Source of the DNA: Marsupella aquatica
Lineage: Eukaryota > Plantae > Marchantiophyta
DNA: 64,000 nt
NCBI GenBank assembly: GCA_973895155.1
Contig: OZ316897.1
Location: 16,305,375 to 16,369,374 of the forward strand
Direction: 5' to 3'
Both the position numbers and the translations under genes were made by a program. The stretch's first letter is position 1. Each line of letters begins with the position of its first letter. Under the pieces are notes generated by a model, which saw only the letters and a program-made list of their open reading frames with translations, was not told the origin of the DNA and did no database searches. Shown one piece after another: positions 1 through 13,300 of the stretch.

Positions 1-2178
1 ATGCCAAGCAAGGGGTTTTGGTCTTCTTTGAATCTTGGTGTTCTGAAGGCTGCCTTAGCCGGGCACCTACCTCCTTGGCCAAGGAAGAGATGAAATTGAA
101 ACAGGGATAGAATGGAAAAGGACTTGTGCTTGCATCCTTGTAGGGGCAAATTTACATGGTATTGAATACTACTAATGTGGTTGAACGAGGCACTCTGAAA
201 TTGGAACTTAGATGTAAATGGGATTGAATATTAAAATGCTACACAAGGAGGCACTCTCAAGTTGGACTCAAAAGTCTATGTACCATCTGGGTCTCCCCCA
301 GGGGTCTTCACTTCTTTTCTTCTAACCCATCATGCATGAATAAGTATAGGATATTTTGTTGGGTTAGCAAAAGACTAAAAAAAAATTGTGGAAGAACATT
401 TGGGTTTTTTTTAATCCAATTTTAAGAATTATAAGAATAATTGAGGCTTTACAACCAAATGTGGGAATTTCAAGAATGTTCCATTAATTTAGGGGTACAA
501 AATCCCTTAAATGTTCATTGACTTGTGTTTATTCCCAAACTTGCGCGTGATATAGAACCCCCCCTTGGAGGTAGGCCCCCCCAAGTTGAGATTCATTAGT
601 GTTGTTCCTATTCCAGGCACACTTAAGACTGGCAGGTGATGTTGAGTGTTAGGTAGGGTTCTTTTTTTTCCAAAGACTACACTTAATCAAGTTCCTTGGG
701 TCTTAGTCTGAACTTGTTGTTTTTGAAACACTCAAGATGCTTGTTCTAGGCGAGGCTTTGATAATGCTGTTGAGTGCTCCTTTTTGGTGTGACACCATTC
801 TAGGTGTTGGTAGAGTATATCATATTATCCAAGTATAAAGGTTGTGTATGTGTGCTATATGAGAAACTAGGTTCAATCTTGGATTCAGTTTGTGTTTGTG
901 AGGGATAGTTGTCCCTTTGTGGTGGCTCAAAGGCCTCATTTTTCAATGTTGAACCTTTCAACATGAGCTTTGGCGGCTATGGTGTGGCCGACCAGGAGTA
1001 CATGTAAGTGTGAATTCCTTGAGTGCAAGGTGCGTTGGGCTTGACATATGTGTGTGATCGGATTGGGATGGATTGATTATGTATTGCTGGCATCTATCGT
1101 TGTTTGATTGCATTGGAGATTATTATGAGTTTTGAACATGTGTAGACACTAGTTCCACTTGCATTCCGTTCTCTTATATTTGTGATGTTGGATCATGCCT
1201 GTCTAGATGTGCGTGCAAAGCAATGTAGGTTGTGTAATGTTGTGCATGTGCACTACATTGGACAAATTGATATTGCCATCTGCTCTCAAGAGCATAACCC
1301 AAGCTTCCTCTTACCCATGAGATGATTACCAACATCCGAATTGAGACTACAAGCCACATATCAATGCTACTAGGGTCCATATGCACCTTCGGGGGTCACT
1401 ATATGGAGGGCCATACATTGCGTGCGATGTTTTAGGGTTTGGCCCCCTAATATATCTTATAAGCCAATTTGTTTTTTGCAACACCCTATCTTTCTTTAAA
1501 TTTTGCCATTTTTTACTTAAAAATCCCTATAAAACCTAATTTGATTTTTGAGCCAACCAATCAATAAAACATGCTCTATTTGTTTTTCCACAAAACTTTG
1601 AAAGTCTTCAGTCACAAACATTTAAATGAGCCTATACTTTGTCACATGTGATGTTCCACTTTTGTGGAAGTGAACGTTTGGAGTGCACCTCATTCTGCAC
1701 AACACACTGTTGTGATGGTTCATGCGACTTTTCAACAGATTTGGAGCATTAAAAAGGCCAGAAACTTCAATCAGACCCTCCTGAAATTAATAAGATGATT
1801 GAAAGGGCCACTAGGAGTGATCACAACAACAATAGTAACATTAGTGGTGATAGAATCTAGCCCTAGACTGTGCAGGCATCTTTTTGAGGTTATGGAGCTG
1901 AATAGATTGTAACTCAGTGATATTGGGCTACTCTAAATACTCCAATATGCCATCCCACTCTTTATTTTCATTGTCTGCTTATTTTCATAGTCTGCCTGAG
2001 GCTATTTTCAAATTAAAATGACATTTTCTTAACCATGAGATAGACCTATAGGTGTCACTTTGCATCTTTTCCATGCCCAACCCATCACTCTCTCCATAAC
2101 TCACATACTCTTTAGAATCCAGTTTCAGACAGACCCACTGGCTCCCCGTAATGTTTGCCTGTCTAATCAGCTCACTTA

Positions 2179-2716
2179 GGGGCACTTTACAAGACGTCGG
2201 GGGCCGTTCGCTTCCTTTTCTACCAAAGCTGAGCCAGCAGCAGTTTCACATGCTAAAAACAGTATACCGGGGCTAATAGAGAATTTAGAAGACTTTTATT
2301 GCCCCCGACGTCTTGTAAAGGGAACTCTGGCCAGTGTAGCTAGAATCATTGACTAGAAGACAAACTTGGGACCCGCTCCACCTGAATCTTTGGCTAATGC
2401 TGGCTAATCTTTGGCTAATGCTGGTTCCTGTGGGTCCGCATTTATTGAAAACTGCCCATAATAGGAATGGACCAAGCGGCCGGATGAAGGGACCTCCAAC
2501 GGAGGTGGTCTAAAATTCTGGACAAAAAAGAGCTCCACGTCGGCAAAAGTTGGGCCCCACTGAAGTCCATGTAGGATCGGCAGAATCAATGAGCAAAACT
2601 GCCCCCGACGTTTTCTAAAGTGAACTCCAGCACTATCTCCCCAATGGATGGCCCGGATTGGATCTTGGATGTCAGAAAAGTGAAGGAACTGCCCCCGACT
2701 TCTTGTAAAGCCACCC
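2179..2716. mobile_element. PIF/Harbinger (Tourist-like) MITE
   Basis: 26-bp terminal inverted repeats (GGGGCACTTTACAAGACGTCGGGGGC vs reverse complement of the right end GGGTGGCTTTACAAGAAGTCGGGGGC, 22/26 identical). Flanked by TTA at 2176-2178 and 2717-2719. No coding capacity. Confidence 0.8.
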
Positions 2717-3704
2717 TTATGCTCAACAACAGTTGAGCTCATCACTACTTACTCTCATGATGCTCATTTCCCGTCACCAATAGTACTACACTCACTTAGA
2801 GAGGAGTAGAGGACATTACTGTCGCAGTGACTGTATAATACTGTACCCAAATGCCCGTGCCAGTCCCATTTCAAAACATAGATTTGAAGTTCTTCTACAA
2901 CATCGTGGAACAACCTTAGAGAGGAATAGCCGCACAATCACAGTCATGGCTTCGGAATGTCTTTCCTACTGTACAAGAATGTGATCTGAATCAAGACAAT
3001 ATACGCATGTGACATTGTGACATACAACAATCTTGGGTCTGCAACGGTACTGTGCACGAGAGGTTTCCAGTTCCAGGCTCATCCTCTGGCCAACTGAACT
3101 GAGCCAGCTGGTTCGCTCATTGCAGCGTTGGTGCAGGACAAGTCACCTCTCTAGAGCTCGCTCTCTCCCCTCTCATCAAGTCTTTGGGAGCTCTCGTTCG
3201 ATTTTCTATTCGGTTGCAACTGCAATAGTAGGTTGAGGGCATTTTGTTGGAGCTTCGTGCAGCAATTTGAGCTCTGCTAAGTAACTCTGTCTGGTTCAAG
3301 TCGCTCGCAACCAGGTCGACGCATTTTCTCAAGCTCCTGCAAAGGAATGTTAGCTCGATCGACTCACACCCTGTTTCGGTTTCTTTCGCGATTGGTACGT
3401 TAGGTTTAAGCATTTTGTGTCGAACTGAGCGCAGAAATCTTAGCTTTATGAACACGCTGTCTGTACACGAGCTTTCGAAAGTTCAGTGATCTGTGAATTT
3501 GACGTACTGCAATGATGGCTCCTGCAGTTCACTTGAATGTCTTTGCAGCAATCGGGAGTCCCGGTTACCATGGTCTAACAAGCAACTGACAAAAATTCAG
3601 AATCCCGCCCAGTTTCTTTCCCTGTCCCATGCGATTTCTCTCTGCGGACTAACGGACGGACAACACTTCGCTCACTTCGCCCGGGAATTAGTCCCGCTGG
3701 TCAA

Positions 3705-5543
3705 ATGCAGCGTTTGAGGGATTCTTGGGGTTCTTGCTTTCCATGCGATAGACGGAAAGATCGGAACCGAGAAGTGGGCAATGGGAAAGGGCCGGGAAGC
3801 CGTAGGGAAAGAAGTAGAAGGTCGTTTGAAGGCAGTAAAGACGGGGTCGAGTTGGAGGAGGAGCAAGGAGGGGATACAGTAGTAGTCCCTAAGTGGGATG
3901 AGGGCCTGGCTGCACCCGCGGACGACCAGATTTCAAAGCCTAAACCAGTAAGGGTACATCTCAGAAGGCCCAGTAGCATGGGTTTAGAATATAAGGTTGG
4001 GCTGGTTTATGATGAGCGGATGCAGACACATTACAATCCTGAGGATCCGTTGCACCCAGAGAAACCCGAGCGGATTTCTGCCATCTACGAGTCTCTAGAG
4101 GCGGCTGGAATCGTGGACAAGTGTGAGTTTGTTGCTGCAAGAGAGGCTACCAGCAGTGAGCTGTCCTGTGTGCATAGTAAGAAGCATATCGAGAGCATGC
4201 GTGTGGTGAGCAACAAAGCCCAAGAAAGAGCTTCAAGGATTGCTCTTTCTCGGAAGTACAACTCGATTTACTTCAACGAAGGATCATCGCTGTCAGCTCT
4301 TTTGGCTGCGGGTTCTTGTGTTGAGCTCTCCCTTAAGATTGCTAAAGGCGAGCTTGGTGCCGGAGCAGCTGTAGTGAGGCCACCAGGGCACCATGCGGAG
4401 GTGGATACAGCTATGGGGTTCTGCCTATTCAACAACGTTGCCATTGCTGCTCACAATCTTGTACATTGCCAGCCAGCTTTGGGCATCAAGAAGGTCTTGA
4501 TAGTGGATTGGGATGTCCACCATGGCAACGGGACTCAACACATGTTCTGGAAAGATCCTTTCGTCTTGTACTTCTCAATTCACAGGTATGACTACGGTTC
4601 TTTCTATCCAACTAGTGAAGACGGAGATTTAGACAAGATTGGAGAAGGTGCAGGCAAGGGATTTAATGTAAATGTGCCCTGGCAGCGTCGAGGGTATGGA
4701 GATCTCGACTACTTGGCTGTATTTGATCATTTGCTCATGCCAATCGCTCAGCAGTTCAATCCAGATATGGTGTTTATCTCAGCAGGTTTTGATTCAGCCC
4801 TGGGGGATCCCCTGGGCGGCTGCAAGATTACACCCGCTGGGTATTTTCAGATGACGCAGAGGTTGATGACTTTGGCTGGTGGACGACTGGTCTTGGCACT
4901 CGAAGGTGGATACAATTTGAATTCCATAGCCGCCTCTTATCTTGCATGTATGAAAGCTTTTCTTGGAGAGCCCTGTGAGGACAAACTCTCCCTCGAGCTT
5001 CGATCTTCCACGTGGTCCCTAATTAAAGATGTCCGCAAGAAACTTCTTCCGTACTGGTCCTCGTTATCTAAATTTCTCCCTGAGCAACCCCCAGAGCATT
5101 TTGAGGTGGCCGAGGATGAAGGCCTTGATTCTGCCTATCAAGATAGTGTCAGTGTTAGTGAAGAGGAGTCAGAAGAAGATGACTTTGACCCTAGAAAAGA
5201 CACGGAGAAGATTGCTGAACAGCTTGGTGCCGGTTTGGAAGTGGAAGAGCATCCCGGAGACTTGTTGAGTCAATTGAGAACCCAAGAGGCACGGCTCAGC
5301 TCGGTACAAAGATCTGAAGTTGAGGGCCTTGTAGGTGGGATAGCAGGTCTGGCGGTGAAGGAGGCAGGCAATGACCACAGTGCGGTCGCTCCCTACGAAG
5401 TGCCAGTAGAACACAATGCGGTCGCTCCACACCAAGCGCCAGTTGAGCACAATGCGGTTGTTCCACATCAAGTGCCACTAGAGTCCGCTGTGAGTTGGGA
5501 GGAGCTTCTGGATCAATCCTCAAAGCATTTCAAAGACCCCTAA
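3705..5543 (+). CDS. Class II (RPD3/HDA1 family) histone deacetylase, HDA5-like, single coding exon
   Basis: 612-aa ORF with VGLVYDERM, HPEKPERI, RPPGHHA, GFCLFNNVA, DWDVHHGNGTQ, SAGFD and LEGGY motifs; catalytic and Zn-binding residues intact; acidic C-terminal tail. An alternative start is possible at M(GLEYKVG), 3978. Confidence 0.93.
   Translation: MQRLRDSWGSCFPCDRRKDRNREVGNGKGPGSRRERSRRSFEGSKDGVELEEEQGGDTVVVPKWDEGLAAPADDQISKPKPVRVHLRRPSSMGLEYKVGLVYDERMQTHYNPEDPLHPEKPERISAIYESLEAAGIVDKCEFVAAREATSSELSCVHSKKHIESMRVVSNKAQERASRIALSRKYNSIYFNEGSSLSALLAAGSCVELSLKIAKGELGAGAAVVRPPGHHAEVDTAMGFCLFNNVAIAAHNLVHCQPALGIKKVLIVDWDVHHGNGTQHMFWKDPFVLYFSIHRYDYGSFYPTSEDGDLDKIGEGAGKGFNVNVPWQRRGYGDLDYLAVFDHLLMPIAQQFNPDMVFISAGFDSALGDPLGGCKITPAGYFQMTQRLMTLAGGRLVLALEGGYNLNSIAASYLACMKAFLGEPCEDKLSLELRSSTWSLIKDVRKKLLPYWSSLSKFLPEQPPEHFEVAEDEGLDSAYQDSVSVSEEESEEDDFDPRKDTEKIAEQLGAGLEVEEHPGDLLSQLRTQEARLSSVQRSEVEGLVGGIAGLAVKEAGNDHSAVAPYEVPVEHNAVAPHQAPVEHNAVVPHQVPLESAVSWEELLDQSSKHFKDP
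5373..5480 (+). repeat. 36-bp coding tandem repeat (3 x 12 aa) in the HDAC tail
   Basis: DHSAVAPYEVPV / EHNAVAPHQAPV / EHNAVVPHQVPL. Confidence 0.85.
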
Positions 5544-8144
5544 AAGGCACGTTGACTTTCGACAGACCAATGGTGCACAACCCTGTCAGTATCATCTCTG
5601 CTGCAGCTGATGTTTAGGAGCTGAAGTGGATGCCAATGACGAAGACAACAAAAACTGTAGGTAAGACTTCAGTGCCTTTCGTACACAGCTCAAACTATCT
5701 ACAGTCAGGAAGACTAGTTTGTTATGTTCAATTTTATATTTCTTTGGTTGCTATTCTCCGCGAGTCAAGCATCCTACCGATCCTCATCACCATCGGCTCG
5801 TGTAAGTGTCCTTGGTCTTTTGTGACCTGTGAAAGAGGTTGGCCAATCTGCTCTCCAGGCCACATGGAGTTGGGCATGGTCGCACGTTAGACCCACTCGG
5901 CCAGTTTCCCCAAGTAGAGACAGATGGCAGGGAGTTAAGCGAGTCGAGCATTAAGTAAAGCGAATGCATGTATGATATTTAAAGAATGGGGAACGGGGGA
6001 CTTATAGTGCTGTCGGCATGTGTAGTTTTGGGGCCGTTTGCAGTTAGGAAGCGAGAAGGGAGAAATAGCACAGAAAGAAAAGATGTGGGAAGCTAAAGAA
6101 CGATAGCATTACCAGGACAAAGATCAGGCACCGTGGAAGGAGACTCTAGAAAGGAGGTATTAAGAATGAACGGAAGCAAAAATTGAAGAAGTATCGAGAC
6201 TGAAAACAGGGAAGACATGTGATCTTGAAATCTTGAAATCTTGAAATCTGTAGCTTGCGGGTGTGTGCCGAGAAGGGTAGCTACTGCCGTTGCTGCTATT
6301 TTGCCCCCATGAGAGGTGGTTTTGGTGTCCATAAAATTTCCATAGTTGCGGATGAAAAAATGACAAAGCATGTGAATCTAACATTCTCTTTTTGGGGGCA
6401 CTTACCTGAAGTGTTTTGTGGGTTTCAAGCTTTCGATTGTACAACGATATGCAGTGAGCTCCTGTCCTAGTAAGACAAGGACTTACAACATGTTGCCTTC
6501 CTTAACTAATCAACATCTCCACTCAGAATTTTCCAACACGCATGTAAGCGTACTTAGTTGTTACACTACGTCTTGAAGCACAGAAGTCAGATAAGCAATG
6601 TAGTTGTATCGCTGTGGCTGTCTGAGTAAATGAATGCTGTTTCGTAGCCTAATAAAGATATAAACAAATGCAGGATCTAAAATCCTCTTCTGTTTTTGTT
6701 GGAAGCAGTGTGGTGCATCCTCACTGAGTAACGGCTTTCAGAACAGGAGCTATGACAGAGCACCACTTGAGGAGGAATCGTGGAATTACCGGGCACATTG
6801 TCATGATTTCCACGTCCAGCCACTCAAGAAACGGGGTTTTGATTAGTCTCTGAAACAGAAGCCATGTAATCACTCGATTTTCTGGACTAGGATGGGGCTT
6901 CACATGGGCAAGTGACATTGCAAAGGTCGGCGGTGCAGAGACGAAGACAAAGAGCAAATTCCTTGAAGAGGCGGCCAGAGCAAGCACACATGATACGTGC
7001 AAAGAATCGGACAACTTTACCTTTGACTGGCACTGTTGTTGCCTGCCAGGGTTTGTCGGCTGTTATCAAGTTTATTGGAAAAGAGATCTAGGAGAGGGCA
7101 AGGGAGGCACTAGAATTGGGGAAAGACTCCTTTGAACTCGAGGAAATATTTTTTTGTTTGCTTGTAAACAAGTACAACCATCGAATCTTTGCAGTGTCAT
7201 GGGCCACAGGTCTATTTTTTCTTGTTCTTTTCCCAAGTTGATTCTCATTTTTCTTGTGGGTTTGTCATTTGGTCTATACTCACAGATTTGAACTTGGAGC
7301 TTTTCTGAAAGCGTCTGTTCTTGATTGCTGTGAAGATCTTCGAGATTCAATCTTGAATTCTGTACTCGTTCGTGTTTGTTTGCATCGAATATTGCGTAAT
7401 CCACCTTGCGGATTAGGCAGATACCGTGGGACTATGTCATGATAGAGTTACTTTGTCTGAAAAGAAATTACTGAAACTGTCGTCCTCATTTTCCAAAAAA
7501 GCCATTGGTACGCAAAACTCTCCTGCATTTCAAGATAATTTTCCAGAAGGCCACAATTGGCTCACTGGTATTCGCCAACAACTCAGGACGTGTGTTACCC
7601 AATTGCTAACAGTGTGCAAGATTGACTGTTTGAGGTCCGCCTGAATGTTTACCCCTAATGCCCCTGTTTGCCACCTCACTACTAAAGCATTCTCGCGCTT
7701 GCCCACAGCCTTCCCAAATTCATGTCCCAAATTCATGTCCCCACTCTCTAATGTGTCAAGGAGTCGGTTGCTATTCGTGTTGCACTCCGCAATTTGCTGC
7801 CTTTGCTGGGTTGCTTGCCATATACACGGCATAGATGTTGGCGCAAACTGCTTCTTACTAGTTCTTTAATTTTCATTCAATTGTCGTGTCACCTTGATGC
7901 AATTCAGATCTGCCACCCAAAGGCATCTCCACCAGTTGCACTAATCATTGTGAAGTGCTAGTTGTGTATGTAAGATAGAAACTTTTGTTGAAGCCATGAG
8001 GGGACTCGAATCACAGTCGGAGATAGACAGTTGGAGACGACCCTTAGTTTAACATGTAGATGGGTTTCACATTGGCTTGCGAGTTCCCTAAGCACAACCA
8101 TGGTTTGCAAGGCACTTGTAGAGTGGATTTGGCCTTATTTGCTA

Positions 8145-8251
8145 CAGTGCCAGACTTTCATGGAGGTTTTGCTTGTGGGCTGGGTGTTCCTTTCTTTTCG
8201 TAATGGGAACACCCAGCCCACAAGCAAAACCTCCATGAAAGTCTGGCACTG
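8145..8251. mobile_element. Tc1/mariner-type hairpin MITE
   Basis: Perfect 50-bp inverted repeat (8141-8190 / 8206-8255) with a 15-nt spacer. Reads TA|CAGTG...CACTG|TA, i.e. a TA target site and CAGTG termini. Confidence 0.7.
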
Positions 8252-10320
8252 TAGCCCAGAAGCCAAAGAAACCATGAAAGATTTAGAGGCATCCTAAAAA
8301 TCTGAAATTCATGTAAGCCAATCCAATAATATCTTAATTTTGTAAGCACTGACTTTGATTTTCTCTTTAAACCACTTTGTATGCACAAGTATGGTTTGGA
8401 AATATTTAGCAACTCCATATTCTCCATCATATCTAACAACCGTTTTATTACATTTATGGAAGACATCCACTGGAATGTGAAACTAGGGAACCTTTTAGGA
8501 CATTCCCCCCTTGTATAGTATCAATAGTTGTTTAAGGAAATAATACTCCAATCAACCCCGACTTGGTCATTCAAGGGTTACTGACTACAAAGCTAATCAG
8601 GAGCAGTCTGAAGAAGCCTGAGTTGGACTAAGGGGCCCCTTTACATGAGCCAAGTTCCATCCAATTAGCACCAACTTTTTCAGGACATCAAGGTTCTTGG
8701 GTGTTTGTGCGATAAGTCTGTGAGTTTTCCTTGCATATTGTCTCATCACTGACCCCACCTTATATTGTATATGCTTTTATCTCATTGGATATCTTGTGTG
8801 AGGCTTTCTTTGTGGACTGTTCCACTTTTGTACTCTGTTCTTGTAGATGTTTTGGAAGAAAGATTTTTTTCTTTGGTTCTACTGGAGGTATTGCATATTG
8901 GTCTTGTACCTGGTCTTTGTGCTACCAGCACTCTCTGTACTAGCCATGATTTTCAATACACCTAATCGATTCTTCTGAGCGAAAAAGAAATGTGTCAATA
9001 CAAGACCGCATCAAATGGGTCAAGGTAAGCTTGGGTCTTACAGTAGGGCCTTAAAAAAAACCAGGCCCTTGAATTTAAACAAATTTTAAGAGAAAATAAC
9101 AGAAATTCAGCCTTGAATCGCAGTGCAGAAAATACCACAATGCCAGAGAATACTTAATTGACATTTTTTTAGGGGTGAAAATTTGCCTAATTCCACATAA
9201 GCACAGACCCCACTAGCCAGAATTCGATGTTATTGGAAGATCTAATGGTCATAAATTGAACGAGGAAAAGAAGATAAGGACTATTCTTAGCATCTTCTCT
9301 TTTACACAAGATGTCATCTGCTGCCATGGCAAAAAAGAAAAGAAACTAGCCTGGCGCTCTCCACCCACTACTGTACTGTGGTGCACTGTAGTGCCATCCC
9401 CTTTTTGCGCAGTAAATAATTAATTATGAAAATGCTTGGGCACATCAATGTTTCTTTTGTAGTACTTGTCAAACCTCCCAATAATTTGGTCATGTCACTT
9501 CTGGTAATATTTTATGCATCTTGATGTAAATGCTGACTTTTCAATGTATGAAGTAGTCTTGAAAGTAAAATAAAAGCAAGAGAATAATATTTGGGACTAA
9601 CCTTAGTTCGTAATATATATATAAACTTTGGCGCAGGGATGGCACTACTCCTTAAGTGCTGCAGGTTTATCTTCTTGAGCTTACACCTGCCCCGCCACCC
9701 ATGCTCCCTCAGACAACCATGCGGGTGGTCTTCGTTGACAACTAGCCATAACTCTGTGGCAGCTGCTAGTGCATTCAACACCCACCTCCGATTCTTTGCA
9801 AAGCACCTCAACTGAATCTACAATGTGAGTTGTGAAGCTCTCTTCCTAATTGCACTTTAGAATTCCAGTCAACCTCCGTTACAGCACCTCGCCTGCGTTT
9901 TGCATTTTGCAAGACTGAGGAAGTGATTGACATACGGGACTGCAGTTGAAGGAGCCACTGCTTGGGAAGCAAATACCAGGCGCTTACAGATCCTCAATTG
10001 GGCTCTACGTACTACTCACAGTCTGCTCATGTTTGAGATCATCACTTTCATTTTTGAAAATTACTTGCTCCACTTTTGATTCTCAACTGGCCTCTGTTAA
10101 TTTGGGTGGGCTGTTTTGACTTGAGTCCCTTATCAACAATTTTGCTGATCTCCTTAATTTTGCAGTGGCCATTGAAGAACCTGAATTGGTATCGGAACTT
10201 TGAGACGCTATTCGAGGCGAGGCTGAGCAGTGAAGATTTTCGATTGAAGCTCCGGTGTAGTAGTGGACAAGTGGGTCTCTCTGGAAACAGGAATTAGGGG
10301 CTCCGAAGGGTGCTGCAGCT

Positions 10321-13300
10321 ATGGCGGTCGCTGCCAGTGTAACGGGTGTGCTTGCTACTGGTGCTTCGTCTGTCGTTCAACAGCAGGTTCGCTTCACTTC
10401 ATTTCACACAGTCGAGAAGTTGAGTCCGACATTAATTGAATTCAACAGTGTCAGTAGAATCCATGACTGGCGACGATGGAAGACTATTTCAGCACATCTG
10501 CGACAATTTTCTTCTAATGTCATCAGTCCAAGGAGACATTTGGTCAGGAAAGGGATGCCACCTAGCATGCTGTATTCGTCATTTTTCCTGCTGAATATGA
10601 TCGAAGGGCTCAGCTCCACGTTGTACTACAGCGTCCCTATCGACTTCCATTCTTCACCGTTGTGTATCGCACTTGAATAAATCTGCCTTCATCCTGCTAA
10701 GATACCCTCGTAGCTGGGGCATATTGTTATGGATTTTAAGCGTGTAAGTGGAATCTGTTGGCACTCTTCATCACTCGCTGAGTGATAATGGATTTCATAA
10801 TTTGGTTTTTCTAGGGTCTCCGAGATAGTTTTCTCTGCTCTCTGCTCTTGTCACAAAAGGTGAATGCCTTTTCCGTGAAGAAGTGGAAGTGGATCTTCCG
10901 TCAATCGCCCTTACAACGACGCTTGAGAATGTCGAAAGGGAATCTGTGACTCTTTCTGAATTGTGCAACAAGTGTGTCAGTCCTCAGGGCCAGCCGTTGA
11001 AAGGGTCCTCAGTCCGTCAAGGTTGTTTTTCACGTGGACTCTCTCAGGGGCATGTTGTATTCGTGTCTTCGCTTCAGCTTTCTTTTTGCAATTCCCGTAC
11101 TATGTGAGAACTGAGTCCTTGTTACTTTTCTTGGAGGTGTGCTGCAGGCTCATCTTCAATCAGCGCCAGGAAGCATTAGCAGGAGGCCTTTGTTTGCCAA
11201 AATCCCCCAATTTCCTGAGAATTCAATCGTGGCAACGAAACAACTTAGGTCATCCACAACTAGAAGGCATGTTGTGAGACCAGGTACTGCATTTGGACCA
11301 GTAGTAGTTGCAGCGGGAGATGAACAGAGGTCATGGAGTCTCGGTAAATTTGTTCAGACATGGCAGTTCTTCAACGAGCCTTTTAATTTTGGAAAGGTAC
11401 AGCTATTTCTTGTCTGGATCGTTTATAGTTTCATTCATAGGATGTGGTCTTTTGCATCGTTGGTTCGTAACGAATACTCATTTCTCTATTTGATTGTGTT
11501 ATTAGTTTGTTGGAAATATCATCGCAAAGGTCTCAGGCTCAGGCTCAGACGAACTACCATCTGCTCCAGTGAAGGAAATAGTTCTCGTTGCTGGAGCTAC
11601 TGGCGGTGTTGGGAAGAGAGTAGTCAATGTACTAGTTGACCAAGGCATCCCTGTTCGCGCCCTTGTAAGTATCGTTCCTTGAGCTTAAAAATATCTGAAG
11701 TTCGTTGAAAAGCTGTTCAGGGCGATTAGTTTGGCTGAGTGTGTATGAAAAGTTTTAAATCTTCGCAAGGTATTGTAGAAGTATGGGGTCGGTGGGTAAC
11801 AATTGCTAAACCTGATTTTTGCAGGTCAGGAATTTGAAAAAAGCAAGGTCATTACTCGGTCCTGTTGTTGATGTGGTAAGCATTTAAGGCTAGTGTTTTA
11901 CAATTCCCAAAGTTCAGCAACGATTAGATCAACAAATGGATGTTCTCCAAAACAAAGATCTGAGATTGTTAAACGATGGTTTTTTTGGAGCTAACATCTC
12001 TTGAGCTTTGGCAGGTCACTGGTGATATAACCCAGAAGGCCACCTTACGTCCGGAGTATTTCAAGAATGTTAGGGCAGTTGTCAACTGTGTTGCTGTGAC
12101 TGTAGGTCCAAAGGAAGGTGACACAGCTGATAGGCAGAAATACTTCCAGGGAATTAAGTTCTTTGATCCAGAGGTAAAGCTGTTCATATTCATTGAAATA
12201 GAAATGATATATTGTAAAGGGTACACCATGTGGGATATTTCCGATCTAAGATTTCTTAGATTTCTTTGATTCTTTCTCATAAGCATGCCACACTAGTGCG
12301 AATCACCAGTTAGACTAGAAGTTTCTTATACATGGCTGCCAAAAAACTTCAACCCTTTTTGGTCTGGTGTTCAAACGAATAGTATATGGTGAAATTCTTG
12401 TCGGAAGTATGTTTGACACCCGTATTTTTCATTCCACCCGGAAGAATTTCTGGGATGTGTGACCAAGACTTAAGTGCCCTCTTTTCTGCCATCTTTTTTT
12501 TCGACAGTGTGCTTTTGAAAAGGACCTCAGTAACTCATCGTGGTATGGTTCATAGGATTTACGTCAGCTTTGTTTGTCGGGAATGTAATACAGATAAAAG
12601 GAGATTCTCCCGAAGCTGTCGAATTCATGGGTGTTCAAAACCTCATTGAAGCTGTGAAGGGGAGTACCGGAGTTGAAGGCGGTGTTACACTGTTTACTGT
12701 CGGTGGTAACGCTCTATAATCTTGAACGCTACCTTTTACATTCTTTTTAATTACCGAGAATGTAGCAGTCACTAATAAAACATTATCAAGGAGAAACAGT
12801 CAAATGAGAGGGATTACGAACGTGATTTAGATTCGGGGATAGTTGCTACATTGCTGTGCAAATTGAAGGATGAGTTTGTAGTCGTGAGTTCAAGACAAAA
12901 TGCATATGTGCTTTGGATTTTCAACTATGCATGAATCTGAAACAAGTATAGTTGTTGGCTGAAGAATGTCCAAGAAGAGACAGTTGTTTCTCTTACGTCC
13001 AGCTCAATTGCCTCAAGTTAACAGTTACATTGGGTTTTTCTGGTGTACAGGTCGTGGCCCAGTAGGACCAGCTTGGGGTTCTCTCGATGATAATGTCATG
13101 GGAGGTGTGAGCGAAAGCTCGTTGCAGATCAGCTCTACTGGAGGTGAAGATGGTGGTCCTGTTGGAGTATTTAAAGGTAACCTTTTCCTATTCATATCTG
13201 AAATGGTAGATTTTGATACGTTATACGATGGATTGCAATTATTCAATAAGATCATTTATGCTGAGCTCTGCCTGTATCAAGCTTTCTGATCTTGCCGTAT

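Noticed and set aside
1-1430. Possible degenerate LINE or other TE coding remnant
   Set aside because: No recognisable domain motif in the frames I could read; too decayed to call.
1431-1440. TTTAGGG telomere-like motif
   Set aside because: Single copy, expected by chance.
5544-7900. Additional HDAC 3' exons or separate small genes
   Set aside because: Short ORFs with no motifs; the canonical HDA5 C-terminal domain was not seen.
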